From Candidatus Bathyarchaeota archaeon (GTDB taxonomy: Archaea; Thermoproteota; Bathyarchaeia; Bathyarchaeales; DTEX01), in contig JAGTQL010000003.1 of the NCBI GenBank assembly GCA_018396555.1, positions 1 to 41,721 on the forward strand: DNA of 41,721 nt, read 5' to 3'. A program made the translations under genes and the position numbers. The notes beneath the pieces are model-generated. The model had not been told where the DNA came from and did not search any database. It was given only the letters and a program-made list of their open reading frames with translations. Below, piece by piece: positions 1-9,637 of this stretch; the stretch's first letter is position 1; every line of letters starts with the position of its first letter.

Positions 1-94
1 CTAAAGCATACATATACAACATGCTAATAAACCTATAAGGCAACAGGAAAAAAGAAAACCATAAAACCAAAGAAGAGACCCGGACAATAAAAAA

Positions 95-892
95 TTAAAC
101 CACAAAGCTAAATTTTCTAAAATAAATATTTTCCGTTTTCTCATTTAAATGTAAGTATTTGATGTAATAATTTTTAGATGCAATTTCATTCTCTGCACTT
201 TTGATATTTCCCGGTTCTAGCTCTATACTTAGGGATTCCTCAAATCCACGAATTAATGCATGTTTTACTTCAGTCATACTTATTTCTCGATTCAGCTCGT
301 CTCTAATTTTTGTAAGTGGGCTCCATACGCTTGTGCTTTCTCTTCTTTTCTCATCATTGTAAACTGTAAGCGCTTTTTTCAGCACATTTAAGTCTGAGTC
401 AACTAGAAGTGTTCCATGATGCAGTATAACGTTTCTTCTCCTCAATTGCGCAGAACCAGAAATTTTCTTTCCACAAATAAATATGTTTCCCGGAGGAAGA
501 AAACTGATCGATGATAACCCAAGTAGCTCTAATCCCTTAATTATTCCAGAACAAAGAATCCTGTACGATCCCGCTATATCTAATCCTTTCACCAAGCGGT
601 CATTACTATCTAAAACTATAGTGTAGTTCAAATTACCTAAGTCGTGATAAACTGTTCCTCCACCAGAAAACCTTTTGACTACCTGAATTCTCTCCTTAAT
701 GCATTCCTCAAGGTTAACTTCGGCACAAACTTTTTGAGATCGACCCAATATAACTGCGCGATTGTTTCTCCAAAACCTAAGGGTTGTTGGGACAATCCCC
801 TGAATTCTAGCCTCGAGAATAGCCTCGTCAATAGCTAAGTTCATCGCGGCATCATAAGTTATCTCAGAGTCCAGCAATCTCCATGTTACCAA
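95..892 (-). CDS. lplA: Lipoate-protein ligase A family, catalytic domain only (archaeal bipartite type)
   Basis: 265 aa; motifs NLAIDEA, TLRFW, KRFSGGGTVYHD, GKKISGSAQ, HHGTLL; directly downstream of E2. Confidence 0.9.
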   Translation of the reverse strand: MVTWRLLDSEITYDAAMNLAIDEAILEARIQGIVPTTLRFWRNNRAVILGRSQKVCAEVNLEECIKERIQVVKRFSGGGTVYHDLGNLNYTIVLDSNDRLVKGLDIAGSYRILCSGIIKGLELLGLSSISFLPPGNIFICGKKISGSAQLRRRNVILHHGTLLVDSDLNVLKKALTVYNDEKRRESTSVWSPLTKIRDELNREISMTEVKHALIRGFEESLSIELEPGNIKSAENEIASKNYYIKYLHLNEKTENIYFRKFSFVV

Positions 893-950
893 CTATGCTA
901 CCCCGGATCAAAGGAAAATTGGAAGAAAAATGGGTAATTTGATAATATTC

Positions 951-2201
951 TTATGAAGAAAGCAGTAAACTGTAAGGTTTTTCAAGCAATTCTTTAACTT
1001 TTCCCAGGAATTTTGCTGCAATTACTCCATCAACAGCTCTGTGGTCTGCGGATAACGTGGTGTTCATAATCTTTCTAATTTTAATTTCTCCATTAACGAC
1101 GGTCGGTTTATCCCTTATTTTCCCAACTGCTAGTATTGCTACTTCCGGCGGGTTTATTATGGCTGTAAAGGAGTCCACGTCGAATATTCCCAAATTAGAG
1201 ATAGTAAACGTTCCACCAGTGAACTCATCTTCACTAAGCTTTTTCTCTCTAGCCTTTGCGATCAATTTTTCCACCTTAGATGATATTTGGATGAGATCCA
1301 TTGAATCTGCGTTCTTTAAAACTGGAACTATAGGTCCATCCTCTAATCCAACGGCAATGCCGATATTAATATCTTTTGACAATCTGACGTTTTCTCCATC
1401 GCATAGAGCGTTCAACTGAGGATACTCCCTTAAAGCCATAGCCACCGCCTTTATCAGCATATGTGTGAAGGATAAGCGAACGCCATTTTTAGCCTCAATT
1501 AAAGGAATTAACTCTTCCCTAAACCTTACAGCCTCAGTCATGTCGACTTCAACGCTAATGTAGAAATGTGGGATATTCATTTTACTATAGGTCATTTTTC
1601 TGGCTATAGCGCCGCGCATACCGGAGATCGGAATTACTTGAAAATCCTCAATCATTGGCGCCGCAGTAACAACTTGTCGCTCAGGAGATATGGAAGCGGG
1701 TGAAGGTAATACGGTAGCTTTGCTGGTTTCAATCTTGGCCAGATAGTCTAAAACATCCTTCTCAGTTATTCTCCCTCCTGGCCCTGTGCCAACTACCTGC
1801 GTCAGATCAACACCCTTCTCCCTCGCTATCTTCTTTGCCAGTGGAGAGGCCTTAATCTCCCTCTCTACTTTTCCCTCGCCTGTCGCCTTCGTAATTGACG
1901 CGGGCGCCGGGGCTTCGGCCCCTACCATGACCTCTTGGAGAGCTTCCTCAGGGATTTCTTCCCCCTCCTCAGCTATGTATCCTATTATTTTTGCCACTGG
2001 TACGACTTCCCCCTCTTGCGCCAGTATTCTTCTTAGTATGCCGGAACCCCTTGCCTCAACCTCCAAAACAGCCTTATCTGTTTCTACTTCCAGAAGGGTT
2101 TCCCCTCTTTCCACTCTTTCGCCCTCCCTCTTTAGCCATCTTAATATCTTTCCCTTCTCCATCGTCTGACCAAGTTTAGGCATGATAATTTCGAGGACCA
2201 T
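951..2201 (-). CDS. Dihydrolipoamide acyltransferase (E2) of a 2-oxoacid/acetoin dehydrogenase complex
   Basis: Lipoyl domain (EVETDKA), E3-binding domain (ASPLAKKIA..GTGPGGRI), catalytic domain (GTFTISNLG, DHRAVDG). Confidence 0.95.
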   Translation of the reverse strand: MVLEIIMPKLGQTMEKGKILRWLKREGERVERGETLLEVETDKAVLEVEARGSGILRRILAQEGEVVPVAKIIGYIAEEGEEIPEEALQEVMVGAEAPAPASITKATGEGKVEREIKASPLAKKIAREKGVDLTQVVGTGPGGRITEKDVLDYLAKIETSKATVLPSPASISPERQVVTAAPMIEDFQVIPISGMRGAIARKMTYSKMNIPHFYISVEVDMTEAVRFREELIPLIEAKNGVRLSFTHMLIKAVAMALREYPQLNALCDGENVRLSKDINIGIAVGLEDGPIVPVLKNADSMDLIQISSKVEKLIAKAREKKLSEDEFTGGTFTISNLGIFDVDSFTAIINPPEVAILAVGKIRDKPTVVNGEIKIRKIMNTTLSADHRAVDGVIAAKFLGKVKELLEKPYSLLLSS

Positions 2202-2224
2202 GATCTCCTACGCTCCTCTCATGA

Positions 2225-4225
2225 TTAAACTATCTTCTTCACGGCATCTATAATCTTTTCCTTACTTGGTACAACTGTTGCTTCAAGCACTGGGCTCATT
2301 GGTATTGGAACATCAGCTCCTGCAACCCTGATCACTGGCGCATCTAGATAGTCAAACGCCTCCTCCATTATTAGAGAGGCTATTTCAGCTCCGAAACCGC
2401 AAGTTTTGCATGCCTCGTGAACCACCACAGCTCTATGAGTTTTCTTTATTGATTTAACAATCGTGTCGGCATCTAAAGGTTTTAGGGTTCTTGGATCAAT
2501 AACCTCTGCTTCTATTCCTTCCTTCGATAGTTCTTCAGCTGCCTTTAAGGCGGTATGAACCATTCTGGAATAGGCGATGATTGTGGCATCTGTACCTGTT
2601 CTCTTAATGTCTGCAACCCCTAAGGGAACAGTATACTCGGCTTCAGGAACCTCTCCTTCAACATTATAAAGCATCTTATGCTCAATAAATAGTATTGGAT
2701 TGTTATCTCTTATACACGTCTTTAATAAACCTTTTGCATCAAAAGGTGTTGATGGCATTACAACAAAGATCCCGGGGGAATGAATGAACCATGCTTCTAG
2801 GCTTCCGGAATGGTGGGCCGCTATACCTCTGCCAGCTCCACCTTGAGTTCTATAGACGACTGGAACTATTGATTTTCCACCAAACATATACCTGTTTTTA
2901 GCAGCAATGTTAACTATTTGATCCAGGGCTAATGTTATAAAGTCTATGTACATTATTTCAGCCACCGGTCGCATCCCGGTCATTGCTGCGCCAGCAGCGG
3001 ATCCAGCAATTGCTGCTTCGGAAATAGGTGTATCTCTCACCCTTTCAGGACCAAACTCATCATATAAACCTCTTGTAACACCATAGGCGCCACCATAAAC
3101 GCCTACATCTTCCCCCATTATAAAGACGCTTTCATCCCTTAGCATTTCCTCTCTTAACGCTTCATTTAATGCCTGTCTATAGTTGATTTTACGCATTTTT
3201 AGCCCCATCTTTTTAGCTGTAGGCAGATCTTTAATGGACGACTTCGGGTCGATGTAAATCTCTGTATACAGGTCCTCGTAAACAGATTCGATTGGCGGAT
3301 ATGGACTGCTTAACGCGAATCCTTCAGCCTCATTTATTTCTTCCGTAACTTCTTCTTCAAGCAATTTTAATTTCTCTTCAGTTAATATTCCTGCGTCAAA
3401 CAGTTTTCTAGAGAAGCTTTTTATAGGATCTTTCATTCTCCAGAATTCCTCTTCATCTTTCGTTCGATATCTTCTCGGATCGCTTAGTGAGTGACCAAAA
3501 TACCTGTAAGTTTTGCACTCAATAAATGTTGGCCCCTCTCCTCTTCTAGCTCTTTTAACAGCCTCATCAACGGTCTCCTTAACGTTAAGCACGTCCATGC
3601 CGTCAGCGATAACCCCTGGAATATTATATCCTTTAGCCCTCTCAGCAATATTCTCAAACGGAAAGGCTTTTTTAACTGATACCGACATTCCATAAAGGTT
3701 GTTTTCGCATATGTATACAACCGGGAGCTTCCATATGGCTGCCATATTTAGTGACTCATGAAAAGCTCCAGTATTAGCAGCTCCATCACCGAAGAAGCAT
3801 AAAACAACCTGGTTAGTTTTTCTCATTTTAATTGATAAAGCTGCTCCTGTAGCAACTGGAATATTTGACCCAACTATTCCGGTCGCTCCAAGGTTTCCTG
3901 AACTAACATCAGCAACATGCATTGACCCGCCCTTACCCTTGCAATATCCAGTAGCTTTGCCAAGAAGTTCAGCCATCATAAGTTTTATGTCTGCACCCTT
4001 TGCTATGCAATGCCCGTGACCTCGATGTGTACTTGTTATATAATCATCTTTGCGTATGGCTGCGATGGAACCTACGGCGACGGCTTCTTGACCTATATAT
4101 AAATGGGATGCACCCTTAGCAATATCTTGCATTAAAAGATCCATGTATTTTTCCTCAAACTCTCTTATGAGCATCATCTGCCTTAAATATCCAATTAGCT
4201 CCTCAAGTGTATACTTTTCAAGCAT
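2225..4225 (-). CDS. TPP-dependent dehydrogenase E1, alpha and beta subunits fused (pyruvate/acetoin dehydrogenase-like)
   Basis: 666 aa. N-half: [26 protein letters not shown] motif [12 protein letters not shown]-half: [38 protein letters not shown]. Confidence 0.93.
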   Translation of the reverse strand: MLEKYTLEELIGYLRQMMLIREFEEKYMDLLMQDIAKGASHLYIGQEAVAVGSIAAIRKDDYITSTHRGHGHCIAKGADIKLMMAELLGKATGYCKGKGGSMHVADVSSGNLGATGIVGSNIPVATGAALSIKMRKTNQVVLCFFGDGAANTGAFHESLNMAAIWKLPVVYICENNLYGMSVSVKKAFPFENIAERAKGYNIPGVIADGMDVLNVKETVDEAVKRARRGEGPTFIECKTYRYFGHSLSDPRRYRTKDEEEFWRMKDPIKSFSRKLFDAGILTEEKLKLLEEEVTEEINEAEGFALSSPYPPIESVYEDLYTEIYIDPKSSIKDLPTAKKMGLKMRKINYRQALNEALREEMLRDESVFIMGEDVGVYGGAYGVTRGLYDEFGPERVRDTPISEAAIAGSAAGAAMTGMRPVAEIMYIDFITLALDQIVNIAAKNRYMFGGKSIVPVVYRTQGGAGRGIAAHHSGSLEAWFIHSPGIFVVMPSTPFDAKGLLKTCIRDNNPILFIEHKMLYNVEGEVPEAEYTVPLGVADIKRTGTDATIIAYSRMVHTALKAAEELSKEGIEAEVIDPRTLKPLDADTIVKSIKKTHRAVVVHEACKTCGFGAEIASLIMEEAFDYLDAPVIRVAGADVPIPMSPVLEATVVPSKEKIIDAVKKIV

Positions 4226-4447
4226 CAGTTCTCCTCCAGACTAGCACTTGAGTCGTAAATACTGATAACGGTCTTTTAAATATTTTTTATATGCTACGCT
4301 ACTGGTTAAAAGAGATGCGTTTAGAATTGGCTAATTAATTGTCATACTTTATGTTACTGATTCAGGAAATTCCTTTTCCAAAAGATTTTTATGATTATTC
4401 ATGTATTGAAAATCATTCTAATAATTGTATCTTTGAGGTAATAACTT

Positions 4448-5915
4448 ATGTTAAAAGAAGATGTTTATGATGTAGCGATTATAGGTGCAGGTATAGGTGG
4501 CTACGTCTCAGCTATAAGATGCTCACAGCTGGGGATGCGCGTTGTATTAATTGAGAGATGGAAAGTTGGCGGTGTATGTTTAAACAGAGGATGCATACCG
4601 ACTGCCGTGCTGTTTACTACAGTTAATCTTTTAGAAAAAATTAGACGCGCTAAAGATTATGGAATTCTCATCGGGAGTTTTTCAGTGGATCTCAACAACT
4701 ATGCGAGAAAAAATTAGACGCGCTAAAGATTATGGAATTCTCATCGGGAGTTTTTCAGTGGATCTCAAAGGAGTTAAAGCCAAAAAAGAAGCTATAGTTG
4801 ACCGTCTGAGCCAGGGAGTTAGATATTTACTTGAAAAAAATAAGGTTGATTTTATTGAGGGAGTTGGTAGAATAAAATCACGAAATCGCATAGTTGTTGA
4901 GAGAAATGGTGAAGAAAGGATTGTTAATGCGAAAAATATTATCATAGCATCTGGTTCCAGACCTAGACAACTGCCTAACATCCTCGCGGATGGAATTAAA
5001 ATAATTACGGCTGAGGATGTCTTAGGTCTAGAAGAGGTTCCGGAAAACATATTTATTATAGGCGGCGGGATTCTGGGAGTTGAATTCGCCCAAATATTTC
5101 GCTCATTAGGGGCAAATGTAACGATTCTGGAAAAGAGACAAAACTTACTTCCTAACCTCGATAAAGAAGTTGGCACTACTTTTCGCAGGATTTTGGAGAG
5201 AAACGGCATTAAAATATTTACAAGAGTCTCCTCCGAATTGGCAAGCGTTAAGAATGATAAAGTCAATTTAACATTCCAGGCGGACGGAGGGAAAGTTGAC
5301 GCTACCGCTGATAAAGTCATAGTCACTGTTGGGCGGATACCGAATATAGAAGATTTAGGTCTTGAAAATATAGGTGTTCGATTAAAGGATGGTTTTATAG
5401 AAGTTGATAGACGCATGAGAACTAATGTTCCCAATATTTATGCTGTGGGCGACGTCATTGGCGGAAAAATGTTTGCGCATGCAGCTCTTGCTGAAGGTTT
5501 GGTTGCAGCCGAAAATATTGCTGGATTAGAAAGAGAGATTGAATGGAGAACAATTCCAGTCTGCATATATACTACGCCTGAGATTGCGAGCGTAGGTTTA
5601 ACGGAAGAGGAAGCCGCCAATTTAGGTTATAAAATATCAGTTGGAAAGTTCCCATTTATGGCTAATGGAAGGGCACTGGCTCTTGGCGAAAGAGAGGGGT
5701 TTGTTAAAGTGATTGCCAGTAAAGAAACTGATGAAATTTTGGGGGTTCACATAATTGGTCCAGATGCGTCTAATATGATTAGTGAGGCTACAGTTGCGAT
5801 AAGGCTTGAATGCACATCCGAAGAGCTAGGCAGAATTATTCACCCTCATCCTACTTTAAGCGAGACAATTATGGAGGCGGCTTTGGCGGTTTTTGGGAGG
5901 GCAATCCATGTTTAA
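4448..5915 (+). CDS. lpdA: Dihydrolipoamide dehydrogenase (E3), frameshifted in this sequence by a 73-bp duplication insert (probably an artefact)
   Basis: ORF 4448..4717 has GAGIGG and GGVCLNRGCIP; ORF 4659..5915 has GGGILG, AVGDV, HPHPTLSE. Removing 73 nt gives 1395 nt, a single 464-aa frame. Confidence 0.88.
4633..4768. repeat. Direct repeat, 2 x 63 bp (4633-4695, 4706-4768), with a 10-nt spacer
   Basis: Exact copies agaaaaaattagacgc...gtggatctcaa; junction 4690-4706 is the reverse complement of 4886-4902. Confidence 0.95.
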
Positions 5916-5967
5916 CAAAGATTAACCACTGACTAGGTCTTCTTTAAATAGGAGTTTTCATTAATTT

Positions 5968-6837
5968 TTGCTGAAGGAAGGGGTTTATATGTCTGAAAGC
6001 ATGGCCCGAAGGAGAAGAGTTGAAGGGAAAGTTGCCTTAGTGATTGGTGCTTCTGGAGGAATAGGTGAAGGAATAGCTAGAGATTTCGCTAGGGAAGGGG
6101 CTTATGTCGCCCTTGTTGCCAACAGAAACCTTCAGAGGGCGCAAAAGATTGCGGAGGAAATAAATCATCAGTATGGACTTGGCAGAGCTATTGCGCTGAA
6201 GGCCGACGTGACCAGCGAGGAAGAGGTGGAAGAAATGGTTAGGAAAACCGTTGAAGCCTTTGGCGTGATCGATATAATGGTTTACAGCGTCGGCATGGTA
6301 AAGGCGGGAAGCGTTAAAGAAATGAAACTAGAAGACTTTGAGCATGTGACCAAGGTAAACTATACTGGATACTTTTTATGTGTTAAGCACGTAGCACGGG
6401 TTATGGCTGAACAGCATAGGCGTGACCCATCACGCTGGATGGATATAATCCAAATTAACTCTAAATCCGGTCTACAGGGGAGCTATAAAAATGCCGCTTA
6501 CGCCGGGAGTAAATTTGGCGGCATTGGATTAACGCAGAGCTTTGCGCTTGAGCTGCTGGAGGATGGTATTAAAGTTAACGCAATATGTCCAGGAAACTAC
6601 TTTGATGGACCGTTATGGTCGGATCCGAAAGAGGGACTTTTTGTGCAATATTTAAGAGCGGGTAAGGTTCCCGGCGCAAAGACTATTGAAGACGTAAGGA
6701 GATACTATGAATCTAAGGTTCCCATGGGTAGAGGATGCGCCATCGAGGATATGATGCAAGCAATATACTATGTGATAGAGCAAAAGTATGAAACTGGGCA
6801 GGCCATTCCAGTCACCGGTGGACAGGTAATGAGGTAA
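5968..6837 (+). CDS. srlD: SDR family sorbitol-6-phosphate 2-dehydrogenase-like protein (true start may be 5989 or 6001)
   Basis: GASGGIG, IIQINSKSG, NAAYAGSKFGG, LF.QY, KVPMGRGC, TGQAIPVTGGQVM resemble the SrlD subfamily. Confidence 0.75.
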   Translation: MLKEGVYMSESMARRRRVEGKVALVIGASGGIGEGIARDFAREGAYVALVANRNLQRAQKIAEEINHQYGLGRAIALKADVTSEEEVEEMVRKTVEAFGVIDIMVYSVGMVKAGSVKEMKLEDFEHVTKVNYTGYFLCVKHVARVMAEQHRRDPSRWMDIIQINSKSGLQGSYKNAAYAGSKFGGIGLTQSFALELLEDGIKVNAICPGNYFDGPLWSDPKEGLFVQYLRAGKVPGAKTIEDVRRYYESKVPMGRGCAIEDMMQAIYYVIEQKYETGQAIPVTGGQVMR

Positions 6838-6878
6838 GCGTATTTCTCCCAAAAATTTCCTTGCAATACAAGGCATTG

Positions 6879-8435
6879 TCATTCCTCTACCATGAAGAAG
6901 GTTTTTATGATATCTTCGAAATTTTCTCTTGCTTTGTAATCAATTTGAATTGTTTGCTTATTACGCAGTTTAATAGCGTTTAGTAGGATGTTTGGCATCT
7001 TGAAACCCGGCTTTACAACCCAATTGCATTGCTTATCACCTAAGATTAAATGGAGCCCAAGCGCAACTTTTAGAGTGTTTTCCTTCCCGATATTCATGAG
7101 CCACTCTGAAACATCATCCGGCCATGTTATTCTGCCTATAAAGGAGAAGAAAGGAATGCCGAAAGCTCTATCTTTGAAAGCGAGATTTCCAGTGGAGTCA
7201 ATATAACCTATTCCAGCGTATCTGGACAAGAATTGATGGCCGAGAATTAAATAGGCTCCCTTCTTAAAGACTGGGAGAAAATCAGCCTTCTTAGAGAGGT
7301 CATCTACAAGTGGTTGGGGAGATTTGGTGTTATGTTCGGTTCCATTAAAGACTGGAAAACCACGTTTCCCCGCAACTTCCAAGATCTCCCTTAACCGCTC
7401 TTCAGTATTTCTTTTTGGAATAACTTCAATCGCAAAGATTCCATAATTCTCAAGCTCATCAAAAAGAGAATCTAGGTCCGCTTCCTTTTCGGTGATTGGG
7501 TTGCCCAAAACTGGATAGGTTGGTATGGCACCATACTCCCTGTATAAAGAAATGAGTTTTTCGAGATTTGGGAAGGCCTCAGCTGGTTCTTCAACGTAAG
7601 CTGGCCCACCAGCTTTCAAGAGCTCATTTCTAATTAGATCTTGAAGGCCCTCATCGCTTGAAAGATTGATTTTAATGTCACCGAGAAGCTTCCGTAAAAA
7701 TTCTTTAAGGTCATGATTATTTGGAAATTTTTTTCTGATAAGCTCTGCAGCTGCTTGCGCTACATGTCTCTCTGTTACGTTTCCACGGGGTGTACATTTT
7801 AGCACGTCATCGAATGTTAAATTTAGAGACGGGTCAATTCCCTTAAGGATCTCGTTTACTTTTTCAGTCATCTTCTCATATCTTCTTCTCAGAGCTTCTC
7901 TCATTGTTTTCAGTAGCGTGTTCCCCGGTGAATCCGGTTTAAGGTCCTGTACGACTCCTTTACCGCAAAGATATATTCGGCCCGGATTTTTTGGATCATT
8001 ATATCTCTCGCCCTTCACCTTAGCCTCTTCAGACATGGCTATGGCTTCTATGCTGAAGACCGCTTTCAATCCTAAAATTTTACATGCTTCACCGAATTCT
8101 CTGTGGCCAGTTACAGTGTAATGATCGTTTATTCCGAAAATTTCTAGCCCAGCCCTATAAGCCTCCCAGGCAGCCTCGGCGGGCGATCTGAAGATGCTGA
8201 AGGACTCGCTTGTATGGATATGTACATTTACCCAGCCATACCTTTTTGGTGGAGCAATAATCCCTTCGATTTCTAAACGTTTAAGCTCTTTAAGCGCCTC
8301 TAAACGCGACATCGGCTTTCTCTTTCCAGCATAATTTAATTCACCCTCTTCTGGCTCTCCGAGTAAACTGATAAGTATCTGAACTTTTTCAGGAAAAATT
8401 TTAACGCTATTGCCTTTCATGGTTCTCGCCAACAC
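6879..8435 (-). CDS. PHP-domain metal-dependent phosphoesterase (start uncertain)
   Basis: NVHIHTSES, GINDHY, SIE, TERHVA, NGTEHN metal-ligand motifs of the PHP fold. Confidence 0.75.
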   Translation of the reverse strand: MLARTMKGNSVKIFPEKVQILISLLGEPEEGELNYAGKRKPMSRLEALKELKRLEIEGIIAPPKRYGWVNVHIHTSESFSIFRSPAEAAWEAYRAGLEIFGINDHYTVTGHREFGEACKILGLKAVFSIEAIAMSEEAKVKGERYNDPKNPGRIYLCGKGVVQDLKPDSPGNTLLKTMREALRRRYEKMTEKVNEILKGIDPSLNLTFDDVLKCTPRGNVTERHVAQAAAELIRKKFPNNHDLKEFLRKLLGDIKINLSSDEGLQDLIRNELLKAGGPAYVEEPAEAFPNLEKLISLYREYGAIPTYPVLGNPITEKEADLDSLFDELENYGIFAIEVIPKRNTEERLREILEVAGKRGFPVFNGTEHNTKSPQPLVDDLSKKADFLPVFKKGAYLILGHQFLSRYAGIGYIDSTGNLAFKDRAFGIPFFSFIGRITWPDDVSEWLMNIGKENTLKVALGLHLILGDKQCNWVVKPGFKMPNILLNAIKLRNKQTIQIDYKARENFEDIIKTFFMVEE

Positions 8436-8563
8436 AGCCTTAGGTATGCATGCTCCATATTCCTTAGATTCTTAAGGAAATCCCAAAAATATTTAAGTTT
8501 TCATCGCTTAGTTAGTGTTAGAAAAATTTATCTCAATGAGAAGATTTAGAGATTAGAGTTTGA

Positions 8564-9628
8564 ATGCCTATGAAGATGAAGGCAGCTTTTCTCGTCGATA
8601 AAGAACGTTTTGAGATTAGAGAGATTGAGAGGCCCAAATGCGGTCCCGGAGAGGTCTTAGTTAGGGTTAAGGCATGCGCCGTCTGTGGCACGGATCTAAG
8701 AATATTTCGTGGTGAAAAGAAAATAGAGGTTCCGATAACTGGGCATGAAATCTCTGGAGTAATTGAAGAGATGGGCGATGGGGTCAGTGGGCTTTCAATC
8801 GGTGATAAAGTAGCTATCGAGACGGTTGTTGGATGTGGGAAGTGTGATGCATGTAGGAGGGGAGAAGAGAACCGTTGTAGACGAAAGTATAAGGCTATAG
8901 GTTATCAATATAACGGTGGCTTCGCACAGTTCACTCTTATACCCAAAGAAGCTGTGAGCCAAGGATGCGTAATTAAGATGCCAGGTCATCTATCTTTTGA
9001 GGAAGCTACGATTGTTGAGCCGTTTTCATGCGTAATTAATGGTTGGTATCCATTTAGAAAAAGGGAGCTAAGATTCACAACCGTGGTTATAGGAGCGGGG
9101 ATAATCGGCATGCTCCATGTAGAATACGCTAAACAGATGGGTTCAAGGGTGATACTTGTTAATCGCACATCTCCAAGATTAATTCTTGCCCAAAATATCG
9201 GTTTGCCTGCTGACGAATTTATTGATGCGAGCAAATGTGATCCGGTTAAAAAGGTCAGAGAGTTAACTGACGGTTTAGGAGCTGATGTTGTGATATGCGC
9301 AGCTTCCTCAAAAAATATTCAGAGGGAAGCTCTTGAGATGGCGGCTGTAGATGCGGACATAAGCTTTTTTGCAGGATTACCAAAAGATGACTCAAACGTT
9401 TTATTGGATTCAAATCTGATACATTATAATGAGCTTCATATTCACGGATCTAATGCTTCTAATAGAAAGCAGTATCTGGAGGCCTTAGATCTCATAGCCT
9501 CTGGAAAGGTTAATGTTAAGAAATTTATAACACATAAATTCCCATTAGAAAGAATTGCAGAAGCAATAAATTACCTCGAAGATAGATCCCTAAATGCTAT
9601 AAAAGTAATAATTGACCCTTGGATGTGA
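8564..9628 (+). CDS. Zn-dependent MDR polyol dehydrogenase (L-iditol/sorbitol or sorbose-phosphate reductase-like)
   Basis: CGTD, GHE, structural Zn C-x2-C-x2-C-x7-C, EPFSC, GAGIIG, IHYNEL. Confidence 0.85.
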   Translation: MPMKMKAAFLVDKERFEIREIERPKCGPGEVLVRVKACAVCGTDLRIFRGEKKIEVPITGHEISGVIEEMGDGVSGLSIGDKVAIETVVGCGKCDACRRGEENRCRRKYKAIGYQYNGGFAQFTLIPKEAVSQGCVIKMPGHLSFEEATIVEPFSCVINGWYPFRKRELRFTTVVIGAGIIGMLHVEYAKQMGSRVILVNRTSPRLILAQNIGLPADEFIDASKCDPVKKVRELTDGLGADVVICAASSKNIQREALEMAAVDADISFFAGLPKDDSNVLLDSNLIHYNELHIHGSNASNRKQYLEALDLIASGKVNVKKFITHKFPLERIAEAINYLEDRSLNAIKVIIDPWM

Positions 9629-9637
9629 TCTCTTAAT

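Noticed and set aside
1-94. C/A-skewed start of the window as a minus-strand membrane-protein gene
   Set aside because: Too little sequence; no frame or start can be assigned
4448-4717. Split E3 as two genes or a programmed frameshift
   Set aside because: The break is fully explained by the exact 63-bp duplication plus 10-nt spacer
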